A DNA stretch of 64,000 nucleotides from Tubulanus polymorphus (Eukaryota > Animalia > Nemertea): the NCBI RefSeq assembly GCF_964204645.1, contig NC_134027.1, forward strand, positions 5,054,485 to 5,118,484, written 5' to 3'. The translations under genes and the position numbers were made by a program. The notes beneath the pieces were generated by a model, which ran no database searches, was not told where the DNA came from, and was given only the letters and a program-made list of their open reading frames with translations. Below are positions 1 to 15,500 of this stretch, piece by piece. Numbering within the stretch: the first letter of the stretch is position 1; each line of letters opens with the position of its first letter.

Positions 1-2288
1 TACATCACAAACTAGTGCGTCCTGTTACAGTTATTACTGCAATTAATTTCCATATTTGATGATTTTGCGGCATTTGTTGCGTGAAGATTTTGGTATCTGT
101 TATATTCCTCGATTCCATTCTCATCCTCTGTCATTATCAATAGCGTCAAGAAAATGATAGTCGGCCATTATCTCACAATTGATCTTTCTCTGGAGCGAAC
201 AAACGCCATAGAAACTAATGTTAATTAAACAATGATTTACTGCTGTATTTAAATTGCTTTCTATTTCGTGAAATATCGCGCGCAATTTTTTGTTCTCGAC
301 GTGTCAAGAATTTCCGCTCGTGTCAAATATATCCACAGATATGAATCTTCGATGCTTTGTACGAGGTGTGAGGCTATTTGTTTTACCAGACAATTACCGT
401 CTTCTAATACGCGCTCGACTCAATTTTATGCATCTTTACCGTATTCATAACTTCCTTATTTTTCGATCGTTATTGTGCCATGAAAAGACATGAATGCGTG
501 CTATCTAAATGTGTGGACTGCTAGACAGACTTGATCAGTCTCTTATCGGATGACACAGGCATGCAAATCGTGTTTTGCAATGGAAAATTAATGGTTGCGC
601 ACTGCCCCGATGACAATCGTTTTCGCGCTTAAGGCGATTAGAAATTTTGTTTTTGCGTAGCAAAATCATATTAAACTCATCACAAAAACTTGTTTGCTTT
701 TACATCGAGCTAAATCATCGAATAAAGAAATAAATCAAATTGTTTCATGTTTTCCTACAGTCGCGTGAAAACGAGTTGAATTTTTAGGCTTTTAATGGAG
801 TAGCCTTTAAATGCAGTTTAGAGATGTATCCATAAGCTCGTGAAAGGGATTACCTAATGCTTTTGCAAATCATTGACATTTTACGTACCCAACCATGATT
901 TGGATTTGAAAGATTTGACAAAAAATTGAATTACGATCCATACTGAGTGTAGAATCGTTTGTAACTGCTAAAGGTGGCATATTTGGTGTTAGTTTATCTG
1001 CGCTCACTGTGGCAGGTGCCCCTGGAGAATTTACTCAGGTAAATTATACTGACTCATCATCACTTAAACCAGACTTGTGAGTCTGCACGCTGAAAACTGC
1101 TCCAGACGACGGATGAAATTGTTGCCGCTCAAGGATTAATTATCAGCAGTGAACACGTAGGTTGATCTGAGAGTGAGCGTGTCTGTGACACTCACTCATA
1201 CGACTGAGAATCACAGACTGCGCCATCGTAAACACGAATCAACAACAATCTGTTGTTTACACTATGTGGTCGTCGCTGCTCCACACACAGATTCCATATT
1301 AATGTAGTTAACAACTTTTCTTGAAATTCGTCACTATCATAACTAGAATCCAGTAAAACCCCATCCATACTCCTTTGGCAGGTATTCGAACCTGAACATG
1401 AGAAACCCTGCCAGAATAGGCTTAGTGCACTTTATGAGTGTCATATTTTTGGTCAACGTTTTCGCTATTTTCATTTACCGAATTTAGAGTTGTCGCATTC
1501 TCAGGATATTTCGTCTCTGGCTCACGGGTTGAGAGGTGTTGGGGGTGGTATGCGAGATATGTTCGGAATTTTACGCCGGCTAATTGTGGTGTAAACATAG
1601 TTAATATCTAGTCATTTGTCACTGTTGTCCATCATCGACATACTTCATCGTAATCATGTCATTGTTAGACTCTGTAATTACGCTGTTCTTCATATATATA
1701 TATCGTCGTACAAAGCTTCCTTGACGTATTGCACAATGATCCAATCTTCTGTTCGCGGGCTCATCCCTACACAATAGACACGCGATCACTTCAAGAATGA
1801 TCCCCGAACCCCGCGGCATAAATCTTCACCGTCCTAAGATTGAACATTTTTCAATAAACCCCGGCGTTGTCGAAATGTGCAAATTGAATATATTGCGTCG
1901 CATTTAAATTTCCTCAAATGCCGAAAAAAGAGGTTGTTTCCATGGATTTAGGTATTTCTTAATCAAATAAATCATAAGTCTTTGATGAAATAGTTGTGCG
2001 CAAACGTCGGCTACTTGAACTTTGTAGTCATACTCGGCGTGTTGGACTTGCCCTGCGGCGCAGACAGTTTCAAGTAGGATATTGCGTGAGTCAGAGGTAA
2101 CATCGCTCTCTCACAAGTGTCGCATCCACAACTGTTGTTAGTCGAACTCGCTCGCAAAAACGTCGCCTCAACTCAAACAGTGAAAATTGTCTCTTGAAAA
2201 CTTTGTGCGTTGATTGTAAATGGGTTTTTCTAAGCGGTTTAAGTGGCCAGATACGATCAACTGGACCTGAGTGGTCAGATGAGTCAAA

Positions 2289-2289
<1 letters not shown>

Positions 2290-2375
<86 letters not shown>

Positions 2376-2382
2376 ACTGCTG
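2290..2382. repeat. (CTG)n trinucleotide microsatellite, 31 units with one CTA interruption
   Basis: Read directly. It explains the poly-L and poly-S ORFs at 2091-2475. Confidence 0.97.
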
Positions 2383-3506
2383 CATCTTTCTTCGCTGCAG
2401 ATAATGAAGCTTTTTAGAAAACTCATGATAATGGACAATATTCAGCTGCATCCCAAATTTTGGAATTACGGATGAATAATTGCCCTTTTTACCGAGGAGT
2501 TTTCTCAGCGTGTTGCAGCTCTTCTAATTACGTTTTCTCAGCGTTATTGGCCTTTTTAGGAGCTCAGGATTCATCGTTGAGCGGATGTCAAATATTTGAG
2601 TCATTGTTTCTGCGGGTCATTTTAAAGTAGATAATGTATTTGTCTTTGAGCGGATGAGTCGTCTATTTCTATTGTTCTTCAGTAGATATTGGTTCGACGG
2701 TTCCATTTCTTGCTCGAGTGCTGATTTGCCCTGATACAGGTGGTGCTTCATGACTGGATTTATAGAAATTGATCCGTACAGTTTTAAGACGTCGACAATA
2801 TTTGACGATTCTTATTTCCGTCGACGATGAACGACGTTTAGATCGTTTTGTCATCATTTAGCGTAGTTCTATTCTAACTTAATATTTGGCTCATAAGTAA
2901 AATACATGTGTGTAATCACGAGTCTTGTTTGTTTATTCTGCGATAAAAACTTCATCGCTTCAAAATTCTCTGCCGGAGACATTGAATCATTTTCAGCTGA
3001 GATTTGAAATTGATCTTTCGAAGACAATGACATTAATGGTGTTGTGTTAATGTCTGGGGAATATGGATTTTCTATGAAGTAATCTTACATTAGCCAAAAA
3101 TCTTTCTTCTGTTATTATTCATGGATAATTTATTCATGTATCTCGGCGCATCTGATGTTTCATCAAGGTACCAGAGACAGTAACACCTGCTCTCTTGCAA
3201 CGTAGCTGCGATTAATGATCAGACTTCTCATTTTGCTTCGAAAAAGATCTACAGTTTCAAAAAGCAAGATTTCTTTGACCTTCAAAACTATATGTTCACT
3301 GGAAACAACCTTTATCCTAAGTTCCTCGTTTTTTTTTTAATTGCGAACTGAGTTTTAAAGCAATTATCGAAGATTCCTTATTTATTATTCACAGTATTAC
3401 CTGCGAAGCATATCCACGCCACGTCGGTGATGTCGTGGAGAAGGATTTTCCGTGGGTCACGATTATTGTGAATTCACTGAGTCGCGAAGATAACTAAAAC
3501 AATAAC

Positions 3507-6500
3507 ATGTCTACCACGGTGAGTCAGCTATTACTACTGGTTCAATGCTGATCAGAGGAATACAACGGCTTCAAACTGGAGACTGGATTATCATTGTAAT
3601 TGAGTGAAATATAAATAAATTTCACAAGAATTCGAATTACCGCAATTATCATTACTCAGGGTTTAAGGGATGGGGGGAAAATGAGCTGTTTTATCAGTTT
3701 ATCGGTCATTGCTATGACTAACATGATTATTGTCAATGTATAGAGGTTGGGGATAACACGAAATAAGAAAATTGTGGTCGCTGATACGAACTTGGAAATG
3801 AGAAATTTCCTGATCGTATCTCGTTATGGATATTTTCGTTGTAAAGCCAATCGCGATGAGAAAAAAAAGATAGAGAAGCTTTCTGTAATAGTTTTATTAA
3901 GAGAACTTATCTGACATAGTAGGAAAAATAGATCAGTTCGATAGCTTTGTGAACCCGCTTGATTTTGCTCCTTTTTCTACATGTGAATGGAAGATTTTTT
4001 ACAGGGTCCCTACAACTCCTTGATTCCTTAAAGACTCCTTGTAAACAGAAAACGCTTTTAAAGTTGCTTCAAACTGTTTTGATTTGTGCAAAATGCCCAA
4101 AGCTCCTTCAATTTTGAGAAATAGGCAATTAGAAATGTTTGTAGTTGTAGGATGATAATTGCTTAAAAGACCACTGAATTATTGGTTTACTGAGATAAAC
4201 GGTACCGGTTAGGAGGAGTCTGCAGTAATTGGGATGTGAAAACGATGCGGGCGCTTCCTCGGTATTTGAAATTTACCCATTGAAAACTCCTTATATTCAG
4301 GAACGACCAGTAGGTAGGGACTCCGTTTTAGTTCGAGACAAATCTGTATTCGTATTTTAGTTCATTAGTTTTCAAAAGTTGGCGAACGTTTCCTGGTATT
4401 ATAGATTTAACTATAGTGGATGCAGCTTTGAGGCTGTAACGGTGAATTGGGATGCAGTTTTGCCACTCGAAAAGGATATATCGATACACATGATGTACCT
4501 TTCCGTTAAGTGGCACGTACCATTAGTTCTCATTAGTGTATCCCTCTCTCTCTCTCATATGTTCCCGTGACTCATGTGTGCCCCGACCATTCAACAGTCC
4601 TCATCCTCGCGCTATAATTATTTGTAGGACTCGGTTGCACAAAGAAAAAAATACACTACTGATTTCGTGTTATAACGGAAGCCTCTAAGCGTCTCAGTCG
4701 ATCCATGCCATCGCACAAAGTCGCCGAAATACTCGTCAGGTGGAATGAATCTCGCATGATTGTATTATTTACTCGTAAATTGCACGCGGACTCGGAGTAT
4801 CATTAGAACTTTGATTATAAACTGTGGGGCTCCACGCGACGATGCGATGACTTTCAAGTGTATAATTTAACGCTCTCTGCGGAGACGCGTTGTCGCCGAA
4901 ATTACGGTAAAACACGCCTCGGTCAACGTCTCTCGTCTCTCGCCTGTAGCGTAACTTTACTGAGTCATAACCACTTCTTCTATGACCTGTTGTAAGTGTT
5001 TGTAATATTCGTGTTTGATCGCAAATGATGAAGTCGACTTCGTCGTACGATTTGATGAAGCATTCACGAGAACTCGAGCGCGCGCACGCGCGCGATAGCT
5101 CGCATGTTTTTCAGGTTCGCGTATAGAAAAAAACGAGTCGATCGATGCTTTCGAATTGGTGTCGATTCGTGGTGACTCAATCTCGCGAAATGCGACCAGA
5201 ATTTGATGGTCAAAGATCATCGAAGTTATTGATTTATATCCGTACGGACAATTCTAGGTTTCGGATTTTTAAAATTGAATCATTTTGAATCAAGACTATT
5301 GTTGAAAGCTTATCTTATTTTTGCCATTTCTAACTCCGACAAAATTGAAAGTGTATTTATAATGATAACGTTCAATGGTATAGAAATAAAGTACAGGGGC
5401 CGGTTGCACAGTTGTGACTTAAGTCCAAAAGCGCTCTTAAATCTTAAGACTGTCCTTAAGTTGTTAGACTGGCAATAGAACTAAGTTGGTCTTGGACTGG
5501 TCTTAAGTCTAAGACGTGATAACGCAACCGGCCCCTGGTGTGAATAAATGCATAAGTTCTCTGTTCTTCTAAGACCTTCTTTCGTTACTTGGAGTGCAGA
5601 CTTTTTCAGAAAAAAATGGTAGGGCAAAGAAAATATAAACAAAACTTGATTGCAGGTGTTTGAAAATGGAAGGGAACTGGAAAAATTTAAGATGAAAATT
5701 CTTTAATTATTCTAATGTACTTGACGAAATCTTTGAAGGAAAAAATGCGAACTGAATTCAAATGAAGGGAGAAATGAAAGATTTCTAGAGGCAGTGGATA
5801 GAGTTCAGATTCAAACTGATAAATCATCTATGTTTTGGCCCAGACCAGTGAATATGGGCTTATATTTATATCATGTTATTGCAATAATGTTTTTCTCTTT
5901 TCTCATACTTTGTGATTGATTATAAATAAATTCTATCCGATAGATCGCTGTTCTTATATATTGCAACCACGGGTAACGACATGAAATCATGTTTTCGCTG
6001 AACATAATGGAAGTTGGAACGTAATCATGATAAATATGAGGAAATCGGTCCATTAACCGAGAGGAAAGGGCTGACCATTTAATCTAGTTTTGGCCAGCAT
6101 CTGTTGCTTAGTTACACGGTCGATCATTTGGGTAGTCTTGATTGCGACTAAGTGCCCGGGCTTTCGGTGCTTTTAAAAATCTTGATAAAAACAAGCTGTT
6201 CATTTATTAGATTCGTCGATATTTACACCCGAGTATTACATAGAAATTAACACTAATGGGGCTCTCAGAAAGTCGCCCGAGTTTGTTGCAACAGATTGTA
6301 CTATTGCTGCGGCCATATGTCTTGTTTTGATAATTGCTTTCCTGGCTTTAGTTTTGTCTCTGCCGCTCGTATATCAAATATTGAACCTGCATTTTACTTC
6401 CACGGATACCGGATATATTTCCGATCGATGATATTAATCCTCGTATAAGATGTGTATATCGATGTTTGGATTATCGAGTACATTTCAAGTTCCGTTCTTC

Positions 6501-9500
6501 CGATGCTTGACATTTTCGAGATGAACATAACCGACCAATTCCGACACTAATAAATTGATATGAAGTATATATCGAGTTTTCTGACATAAATTGTTGCTCC
6601 GATCGAACCGGTCTCGTTTTTCTCCTTGACCCCCGATGATAATAGATGTCAAAAATTTGTGTCTTTTTATGTTTTTATGCATATATGTGACATGGAATTA
6701 GATTACATGGAGCCAGCCGAGCCGCGCGCGCATCGTGAATTTATGGATTGCGGCTGCGTTTGTGGCATATTTGGTGCCAGTTAGCCTGGATGTAGCCATC
6801 AGTGAGGCACCTCCGAACAGCAAAGCGCCGATAATTGACGATCAAGCTTGATGAAGTGTGTTTATTGTTCTAGCTCGAGTGACTCGTGGGACCAATTACG
6901 GTCAGATTCGCCGACTGACTGGCTAGCTCGCGATCACAGATAAAGCGCAACAAGCTCCTCGGAGGCTTCGCCAGTCAACAGTTTCAATTTGCTATTCCAT
7001 TAAGAATCAACAGTTGGTATAGTTGCCCTAAATGTTTACCCTTTGGGTCGAGTGTCATATCTGCTGAGAGGGAATCCTTTGAAGGCCGAATACAAGTATG
7101 GCTGTTATGAGCTCATTAATCTAACGCGAGTTTGGATCGAACTTGTAAAAGTTTTCAAGATGCAGTGACATTAACGGGTCATCGGTGAGATGATCGATTT
7201 GTACTCTTTTGAGGAAAATTTTATGGTTATTTTAATGACTAAAGTTACGGGAGCACTTTCCATTGCGAAATGAACTTGCAATTCCTGAGCGTATCGGTGC
7301 CTGTCTACTATCGGGTTTTACTACCTGTATTAATCGTTCCCTGTTGTCTCTTCGATCAAAGTTTACGTTAAGTATACGGGATGATAAATCGTGCAGCTAT
7401 ATTCGCTTGAGTAGGTTTTGCATTAATATCGTACTGCTCAAGAGAGTATTGTTTTAATGAGCTTGTTGCTCTTCTGGAAGATGAATGTAATGAAATAAAA
7501 ATCTTTCAGTCCTAAATCAGATTTTAGATCATAAAACCGTCTTACGTAGTTGTTGTTGCTGTAAGATATACTAGTCCTCGGGGATTACGTTTCTTATCAT
7601 TTTTTAAATCGCGAGCACTTGGAATTGCCCGCATAAAGTGAATCTTTTTTCCTGATTAAACAAATCGATATCGCCGGGTCTTACTGTTTGAGAAAAAAGC
7701 CAATCAGCGTTTCGGTTTCTTTTGAACCTTTTTTTGAGCGTTCAATTTGCTTTTGCGTGATTAGATTAAACTCCGGCTGCAAATCGGTTTTAATTGCTTC
7801 TGCGAATCTTCTCCCGGGGAACTGTTGTTAATGTCGCCAGGCAATTGCTGTGTCTTATGATTAACAAACACTGGGTGAATTTAATTCATCTTTCTCCCCT
7901 CTTGCTGCTGCTGCTGCTGCTGCCGTGTTTTCACTGCCAACAAATTCGCTGTCGTTAGAAATGATTTGTGAAAGATGGATTTCAGCGTGATTAGTGGCTG
8001 TTTGTCTGCTGACAGTTCGTGTAGTAAGTATGAATACGGATTTTCACCGAAATGCTGAAACGCTGATGATGCTCGGGGTTTATGTTAAACGAGGTGTCAT
8101 CGAGAGGCATCGCGCTCGGTAAACAATGCTCGAATGATTCTACTCCGGAGAAGAGTCTCTCGCGAATTGAAAGCCATTGAAAGAAAATATTGGATATTGC
8201 CTCATGGGGAACTGAAAAGCAGCGTTCTCACTACGTTATTTGGAAGGGTCTAAATTTGGCCCAAGTTAATGGACCAAGTGTTCGCATTAGTGAAAAGACA
8301 GTTCCAAATTAGCCAAGCCCAGGACCCAGTCATAGCTATCTGTAGCGAATTCAATGATGGGTGTGTGAACGCCTTCTCTGATTTGGCCCTTTCTGAATTT
8401 TGCCCGTTCCATGTACCATCGAGTTTATACATCCGTGCACGTACGTACCCGTTTAGAACGGTCTGTGGTAGTGTGAACGCGGCTTAAGTTTCAGCTCCGA
8501 AATTAGTGAACCTGTAGCGTGGGCCTATTGAAATCATGAACAAAGGGGATTAAGCATTTATTTCATTCACGATTGAAGAACCGAGTCTTCGAGTAATTAT
8601 CCAGTTCGGTTTCATATTTGAAGGATATTTTTTGTTAGCGTGCGGCATCGTTGACGTGATTGCCGGTGGTTGACTGCGGCTATCTATTTAATTCATCATT
8701 GAATTTCTAGCCCCGCGGTCATCTCTAGTTAATTCATAAACTGCTCTCAATCGCACCACATTCTGCGAGGAGGTGTTCATTTCATTTCATTCAGGTATTG
8801 GGTTTTCTGGCTGGGAAAAATTCAATGAAACTCTTGTCGATTGAAAGGAATTGATATACCACATGCTGGGATATTTGATTTCTCAAACTGACGATCAATT
8901 ATGACTCTGGGTTTTGCGTGCGATCGTTTGAGATCGCTAAGATTACACGGAAAATCAAAACTTCGTAGCAAAAAAAGAGAAAAACGAAACCGCGAATCCT
9001 AAATGAATTATGGCCTTACGTAACAGCTACAAAAATGTCTGAAGACTTAAATGTTTCTATGTCGGAGGGAATTTGCGTGTACTTTTAGCTCTAAATACAT
9101 TGATGAACTCATCTTTTTATTCTACGATCATGTTTCTATCTATGTCTAACGCGCATCATTCCACAGGACAAAGCTTTAATTAGTAACGACTATCATGGAC
9201 AGAAATACCAATTGTGGAGATTGATTGTGGAATGACTTGGGACCGATGAGACGGCATTTACTGAGATTTATTTCACTGGCCAATTATGCGGATTTCTGAG
9301 ATTGATAGTGATTGGTCATAGTTTCGATCATTGACTTAATTTCTTAATTAAATTACTCACTAGCCGGTAACGATGGCGATGACTTATATCGCAAAATGAT
9401 GCGCGACGGGAAAAAATATGATTGAATGAAGACCTTTCTAATGCAGAAATGATGCATAAAACTAAAGAAAACTCGTAAGAATTCTTATTTCTGCGAATGG

Positions 9501-12500
9501 TATTTCACTGTGTATCGTCCGGGAAAAAACCATTGATTGACGCCGACCAAAAAACCTCTCGAGGCGACTCACGGAAACCTTATTCCTCTCCTAATCTGTC
9601 GATCTAGCATCAACAGGACAAACACATGATGAATTTCCTGATTCTGTCAACATCCCTCGAAACGGCAAATTACTTTCCAACCAATTTTCAGCGAGTCGAG
9701 ACTTTACTCGCCCGGCGGCAATCAGAAGCCATCGCGTCGCTGCTGCGGCTGGTTCCCTCGAGGGTGTCTGATAAAAATGACGATATTTCATGATGCATTG
9801 TCTTAAGAGTGATCAAACCGATGTCAAATGACACTTGGAATGAGTTTCTCGGATAAAACAATGGTTTCTGCTTGATTGCCAATTCCCATCAGCGGGTTTA
9901 TGTTATGTATTTTGCTTACCATGAAAAAAAATATAATTGATATCATCAGACTATACTGGTTTCAGCCTTCCAGTTCATCTGCAACATTTTCAATCTTTTT
10001 GTCACTCGACGAAATCAACTTTCCCATAAGGATATCTGAAATCAACTTTCCCATAAGGATATCTGAGCGGTAGATAAAGTTCTGTTATATGTTAATCTAT
10101 TAACTCGCACACGCGCGTGCTGCGACTCTTTTTAAGCATTGTTACAACCTCATATTTCAGGAAGGAATTATCGTAGCTCGATGCATCGAGATTTGATACT
10201 TTCATCAGTAGAATTTCATATGAAAGCAATCGGAAAAGGTTTTCAACCCCAGAAGACGTCGCGCTGATTTTAGGTGAAAAAAAAAGAAAATATAAAAGGG
10301 AGAAGCTGATCTCGTATGTAGGAGATGAGTTGGGCCAGCGGTGATGCGGATTTTCACTCATTGTGTCTGTCAGTCTGTGAGTCATATTTTTATTGTTAAA
10401 GGCGAAAGGAGGCGAAATTGCATCAGTCATATCTACCTTAATCATGCATCACATTCCGAGAGCTCATGCAGCAGCGTGCTCGTTTTTCACTGATGCAATT
10501 TATGCCGACGTATGCGGGATAAACGTCTGATGCTTTAAATAACGACGAACGCTAGACGAAATTAATAATATAAGTTTCCGCGGCCGATCGTCGCCGTATA
10601 CGTCTCTCATTGTTGCGGCAAATATCATGAATCACGGTTACCTCGTCGCGGGAATCGAGATGTCTCCCCGTCGTAAATAAACCGCGTGAAAAACGTCGAT
10701 GAAAAGTGTCCAGTTTCTCGTCGCCTGGTTGAATGAAACATTTTATCCGCGCGTCGACGTGTAACGTCGCGACGGTCAATTTCAACCGGTTCGTGCCATA
10801 TCTGCTCGTAAACGGTGTAAATTACGATTAGTTGATGACCGCTGATACATCGATCGGCCATTCACTACCAGTCGCGGGTGACAGGAAATAATATCCGAAT
10901 GTGCCCGGTGCATATTTGTTACTGATGTGAATAATAAGTAGTTGTGACAGCGCCAGTGTTACGTTAAGTGGTTTAGAGATAAATGGTGTTTGTCTTTTCT
11001 GGTAACTTCGTGAGAGTGGTTAGATGAGACGCGCGTCTCTGTTGAGCGTTTCTTGTTCCCGATGACTGATGTCCAATTTGAAAACTTCATGATCAATTTC
11101 ACTCTTAACGCTTCGTGGAAGTCTTCGTAATTCCATTTATTCATAATTCCATTTATTCATAATATTTCGTAGCGGACTGATTTTCATCATCTCTTCATAC
11201 AGTACACCTAGTCCTCTTCCAACCATCCTGTGGCCAAAGCCGTCATCACCTTTTTGATTTGTTTCCATTTGAATATAAGAAATTAACTGCAAATGAAATC
11301 TGAGAAAATTCAGGAAATCTGTCCGTTTTAGCCAATAGTTCATTTTATCTGCAGTATTATCTTACTTGGGATGAAATTATAAGTTTGTTATAAATGATCA
11401 TTCGTTGTCTCTGGGTTCATTTTAACAAGTTCCACAGTATTGAAATTGGTCTTCAAAAACATTTTTGTCATCGGTATTGGCTAAGTAGTAATGACGTGTC
11501 AGTTGATGTTGATCTGTTTCTTGCTCCCGGATCCTGCTGCCTTCCTAAGCCTTCCATTATATCGTGTTATATGGTATAGGCGACCTTTAGTTGCAAAAAT
11601 CTTTATCTGGTGGAATAAAGGCATTTCGTTACAAGACATGTGAAAATAGGATATGAGATTTTGCAGTGCGAACGAGATTGCGATTGAACCGTTCCGTAGA
11701 ACGTCTCACATCAATAGCTTCTCATCGTATTGTGTACTTTTTACCATCGAAGTTTGATCAGCTTTGCCGAAAGCGGCTCAGCATTAGTTCCTCGCTGTCC
11801 GTCTGATCTCTAAGCATCGACAAACAGATGTCGGCTTTGAGAGACGACACCATGAATCGTGATATTGCTTTCGTCATTCGGTTCTTAAGCAGGAATTGAT
11901 CGAAGCGTTAAGTTCGGATTGATCTGTGACACTGAAATCTGCTCGTCTACGAATGTCTTAAACAGATTATCTTTTTAACGCGTATCTTGCAGAAGACGCA
12001 TATACGATAGTCCTATTGACCTGTCTTAGCTTATTCTCCAACTTCCTCTTCAGTGAAAAGGTCTTTCAATAAAACATTTCTTCCACGCAACCATTGTGGC
12101 TGGTTTGAGATTGTCAGGGGGGGGGGGCAAGAAAAATGTTTGACGAAAATCGAGCTTCTGGGAATTATTCTGAACATGAGATTTGATATCTTAGAATGAA
12201 ATATCGCGCGTAATTTGTTTATCGTGTATCATCATCGAAATCAGTTGAAACAGCACTGAAGTGCCAGTCAGTGATCTGTGTTTGACGTCGATGACAAAAA
12301 GTTTGTTATCGTTTTTCGTCTGGCGTGAAGACGATTCGGTTGATCATTGATGCGTCGCTTGAATGGAAAACGACGCGCGCAGCGCAGCAGCCGTCTGTGA
12401 GTCACTCATTTGTGGCAGTTGATCTAATTGTTCGTCGTTACGGCTCCTTCTTCGCAGCAACGTAGAGAAAAAAAAACAGTAAAGGTAATAAGTACGCTCA

Positions 12501-15500
12501 CTCTCTAGGAGATCATCTGCGAGATGATAGCTGTTCAGGGGCTGCAGATGAATTTACGGCTATTGTAGAATATCTTTACACCTGAGGCTCAATATGGTCT
12601 GTATACAGCTGATTCAACACTAAACTGCTAATGTTTTGCTAATGATGGTTCGCGTACATCGAGATGTTCTGCAAATGGTCTCTTTATTAGTCACGCGCGT
12701 CGCTCTCGATTTGCTATGAAATTTTCTGGAATACAATCGTCGCGTTAATTGGTCGCGCCAGACCGCTAAAAAATTCGTTTCGCTTAATTTTCGTAGTATG
12801 AAGTAGAATACTCGCGACGACGTTCTATCCTTGAAGAAATCTCGAGTAAGTCTTGTTGCTGTGACTTCGACCATCTGGACCATTTTAAGATGCTGGATGT
12901 CCCTGAGGTTTTATCCATCCATCCGTCTTTGTCTCTCGTTGCTAAACTTAATTATGACTAGTATTCTAATCAAAGGTCATACATCTGTCACCGTACAGAA
13001 CAATATCAAATAGTTCAATTGAATTTTGCATCCCGTGCACTTGTAGGTAATTGTATTATGTCTCCGATGATTCCTAATTCGACGTCGCCCTTTCTTGAAT
13101 CATTTACGTTAATGCGCAAACAATTTTGACTGATCTTTCCTTAAAATCGCGATGAACCTGAATTTTTTTCGGCTTTATGTTCGAAATGAATTTTCACGGA
13201 GACGCTAATCTAATATCTGTCAAGGACAAATCGTCACCGGTATCGTTGACCTACATCTGGAATTGCTGATTCATGGCGGCACGAAGAGATGAAGAGATCA
13301 CGGGTGACTAGTCGCGTATCGTATCGTGGTCCGCATAACCCCTGGTCTTCATCACATGGCTGTCTCCCATTGTGTGGTCAATACCCGGTGCTCGGCGTTC
13401 CCCGCGTTCAGAATGGGATTATTCACTGATTTGTACGATTGTTTGCCTTACAAATTCTGAACAGCGGATCGTGAATCATCTGGTTGTCTTTTGTTCTCCG
13501 TTCATCAGTATTCTCAACCGAGTATCGTGATGAATTAAAACTCAGCAGCAGCAGCAGCAGCAAGAATCATGAAACACTTCACGCATTTTGAATTATTTGA
13601 TCTTTTGAGAGTAGCATTGATGTCGGCTTTTAATCGAGGGTTGTACTTTTCTTTTAGGACAGATCCGTTGTTCCCAGCTATTCGCTGTACCACTGAAACC
13701 CGGTTTGGTAAAATGTTTTCGTTTCGCTGTGGACTTCAAAATCAATCTTAAGAGTCGATGGTTTGACTGTGAATATAGCAATAATTGATTTGATTGATTA
13801 GTCACGCAAACTGGCAGATGGTGAAGTTATTGGTTATCTGAGATACGCGATTACAAATCCACGAGACAATGACCACTCATCCATACCCATTATTCGTTAT
13901 TTGTAGTAATCTGTATTGTACATAGATGTCGAGGTACAACCAGCTGTCCAGTCTTGCGTACTCATCACCAGGTGTCTGAGACATTAGCCTTATCCTTCAG
14001 TTATCTTCAGTGTCCAGCCTTTGTTGAAGGCCAACCTGCTCTGCATTTTATGCGCATGTCTTGCCATTCGATGTTACATTTTACATTAGTTGCTGTGTCC
14101 AGTTTCATCGTTTGATTGGTTTTATCCATCTGTTACATTCAAGACAAGAAATAAATTCTCACATTAAGGATCTCACTCAGTTCTGTTCTTCTACTTATCT
14201 TTGAAGTTTTTTTTACAGTTGAATGAATTGATAATCAAAGCATTCATTTATCGAGTATCTTCGAATGGAAACACCACAGTTTCAGCTGTCGGTCAAGAAT
14301 GTACCTTTGTTTGGGAATTAGACCGACGGATGGTCAGTGTTGTCCCTGGCTCAATCATTGGTGACATTGAAATCCTACGATTATCTAGCAAATAGCTTAA
14401 AGGTGCTCAATGACGATGCATGTTTATCTATCCTTGAAGTTTTAAATAGTCGCAACCTCTTGAATTCAAAGTGTGCTGGCTTAGTAAAGACTTTTCTTCG
14501 TGATGCATCTGAAGAGAATGGAATCAAATATGTCTAATCATTTGATTACATGATTTATAGATTATTGTATCATCTACATAACGCATCACACATCGTCTAT
14601 ATCACCCGCCCTCATTGTCAACCTTCCCTCCCTCCGGCCAACTGAACGAGAACCTGGAGGCAAACTCATCTACAACGCATTCCTCATATCATAAAGCATT
14701 GATCATCTCAAAAAGTGCCTTCATATAATTATGTCCGGTTGTCAGTTATTAATTCAATATCTCTCGAAACTTAATGAAGCTGAATGCATGAATCAGTAGG
14801 CCTGTCGATGACTGATGACCATTGTTGTTGTAGCTCGAAATCGCTCAGACTCGAAAACATCGACCACTTCACATGAGTCTCCACTCGTCTCTCAACAACG
14901 ATCCCAATAAATCTCTACGTTCGATCTTAAACCTACGATAGAATCTCGCTCGAAAAGAACATTCATTCGTAAATTCCCTTGATTTCCTTTTTCTTCAATC
15001 GAACGTGTGAGTTTAAAATTCTCGATACCCGGTGGGTCTAATTATTCTTTGATGAAAACTCACAGCTATTCTATAAAGTTGATGAGTAATAAGGGTTACT
15101 GGATATCGGAGGTAATCGTGATTTGAGAAGTGAAATCAGAGATGTCGTAACCGAAGAAAATCTGTGTTCTATTTTATCTCGAACATTTCGCTGTAATCCA
15201 ACACGTAATTAGGTGAACCATTTGTCTCGCGACGATATCTTCAATTATTAATAGCAAGATTTACATGTCCTTTAGAAGCTTTGCGTACAATTACTCAACA
15301 TCCCAGTCTGTTTGCAGATCAAGGGACTTGAAATTTATCAAATATCAAAATGCAGGTTCTAGATTCAAGCTTGGGCACAATATTGAGATGAAGCGCGATT
15401 TTTGACATGATCTCATTTTACTCGGTGAAATAAATGACATTCATTTAATTAGAAAAAATAAAGATCGTTCTTGTCATAAATCATGAAGGAAATGATTAGA

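Noticed and set aside
2091-2475. Poly-Ser and poly-Leu ORFs
   Set aside because: They are products of the CTG microsatellite, with no other coding signal.
10011-11159. Short direct repeats considered as a CRISPR-like array
   Set aside because: Only two adjacent copies each, no spacers, and a eukaryotic context.
13288-13353. Imperfect hairpin (gatgaaga...tcttcatc) considered as a pre-miRNA
   Set aside because: Pairing is too interrupted and there is no match to a miRNA I recognise.
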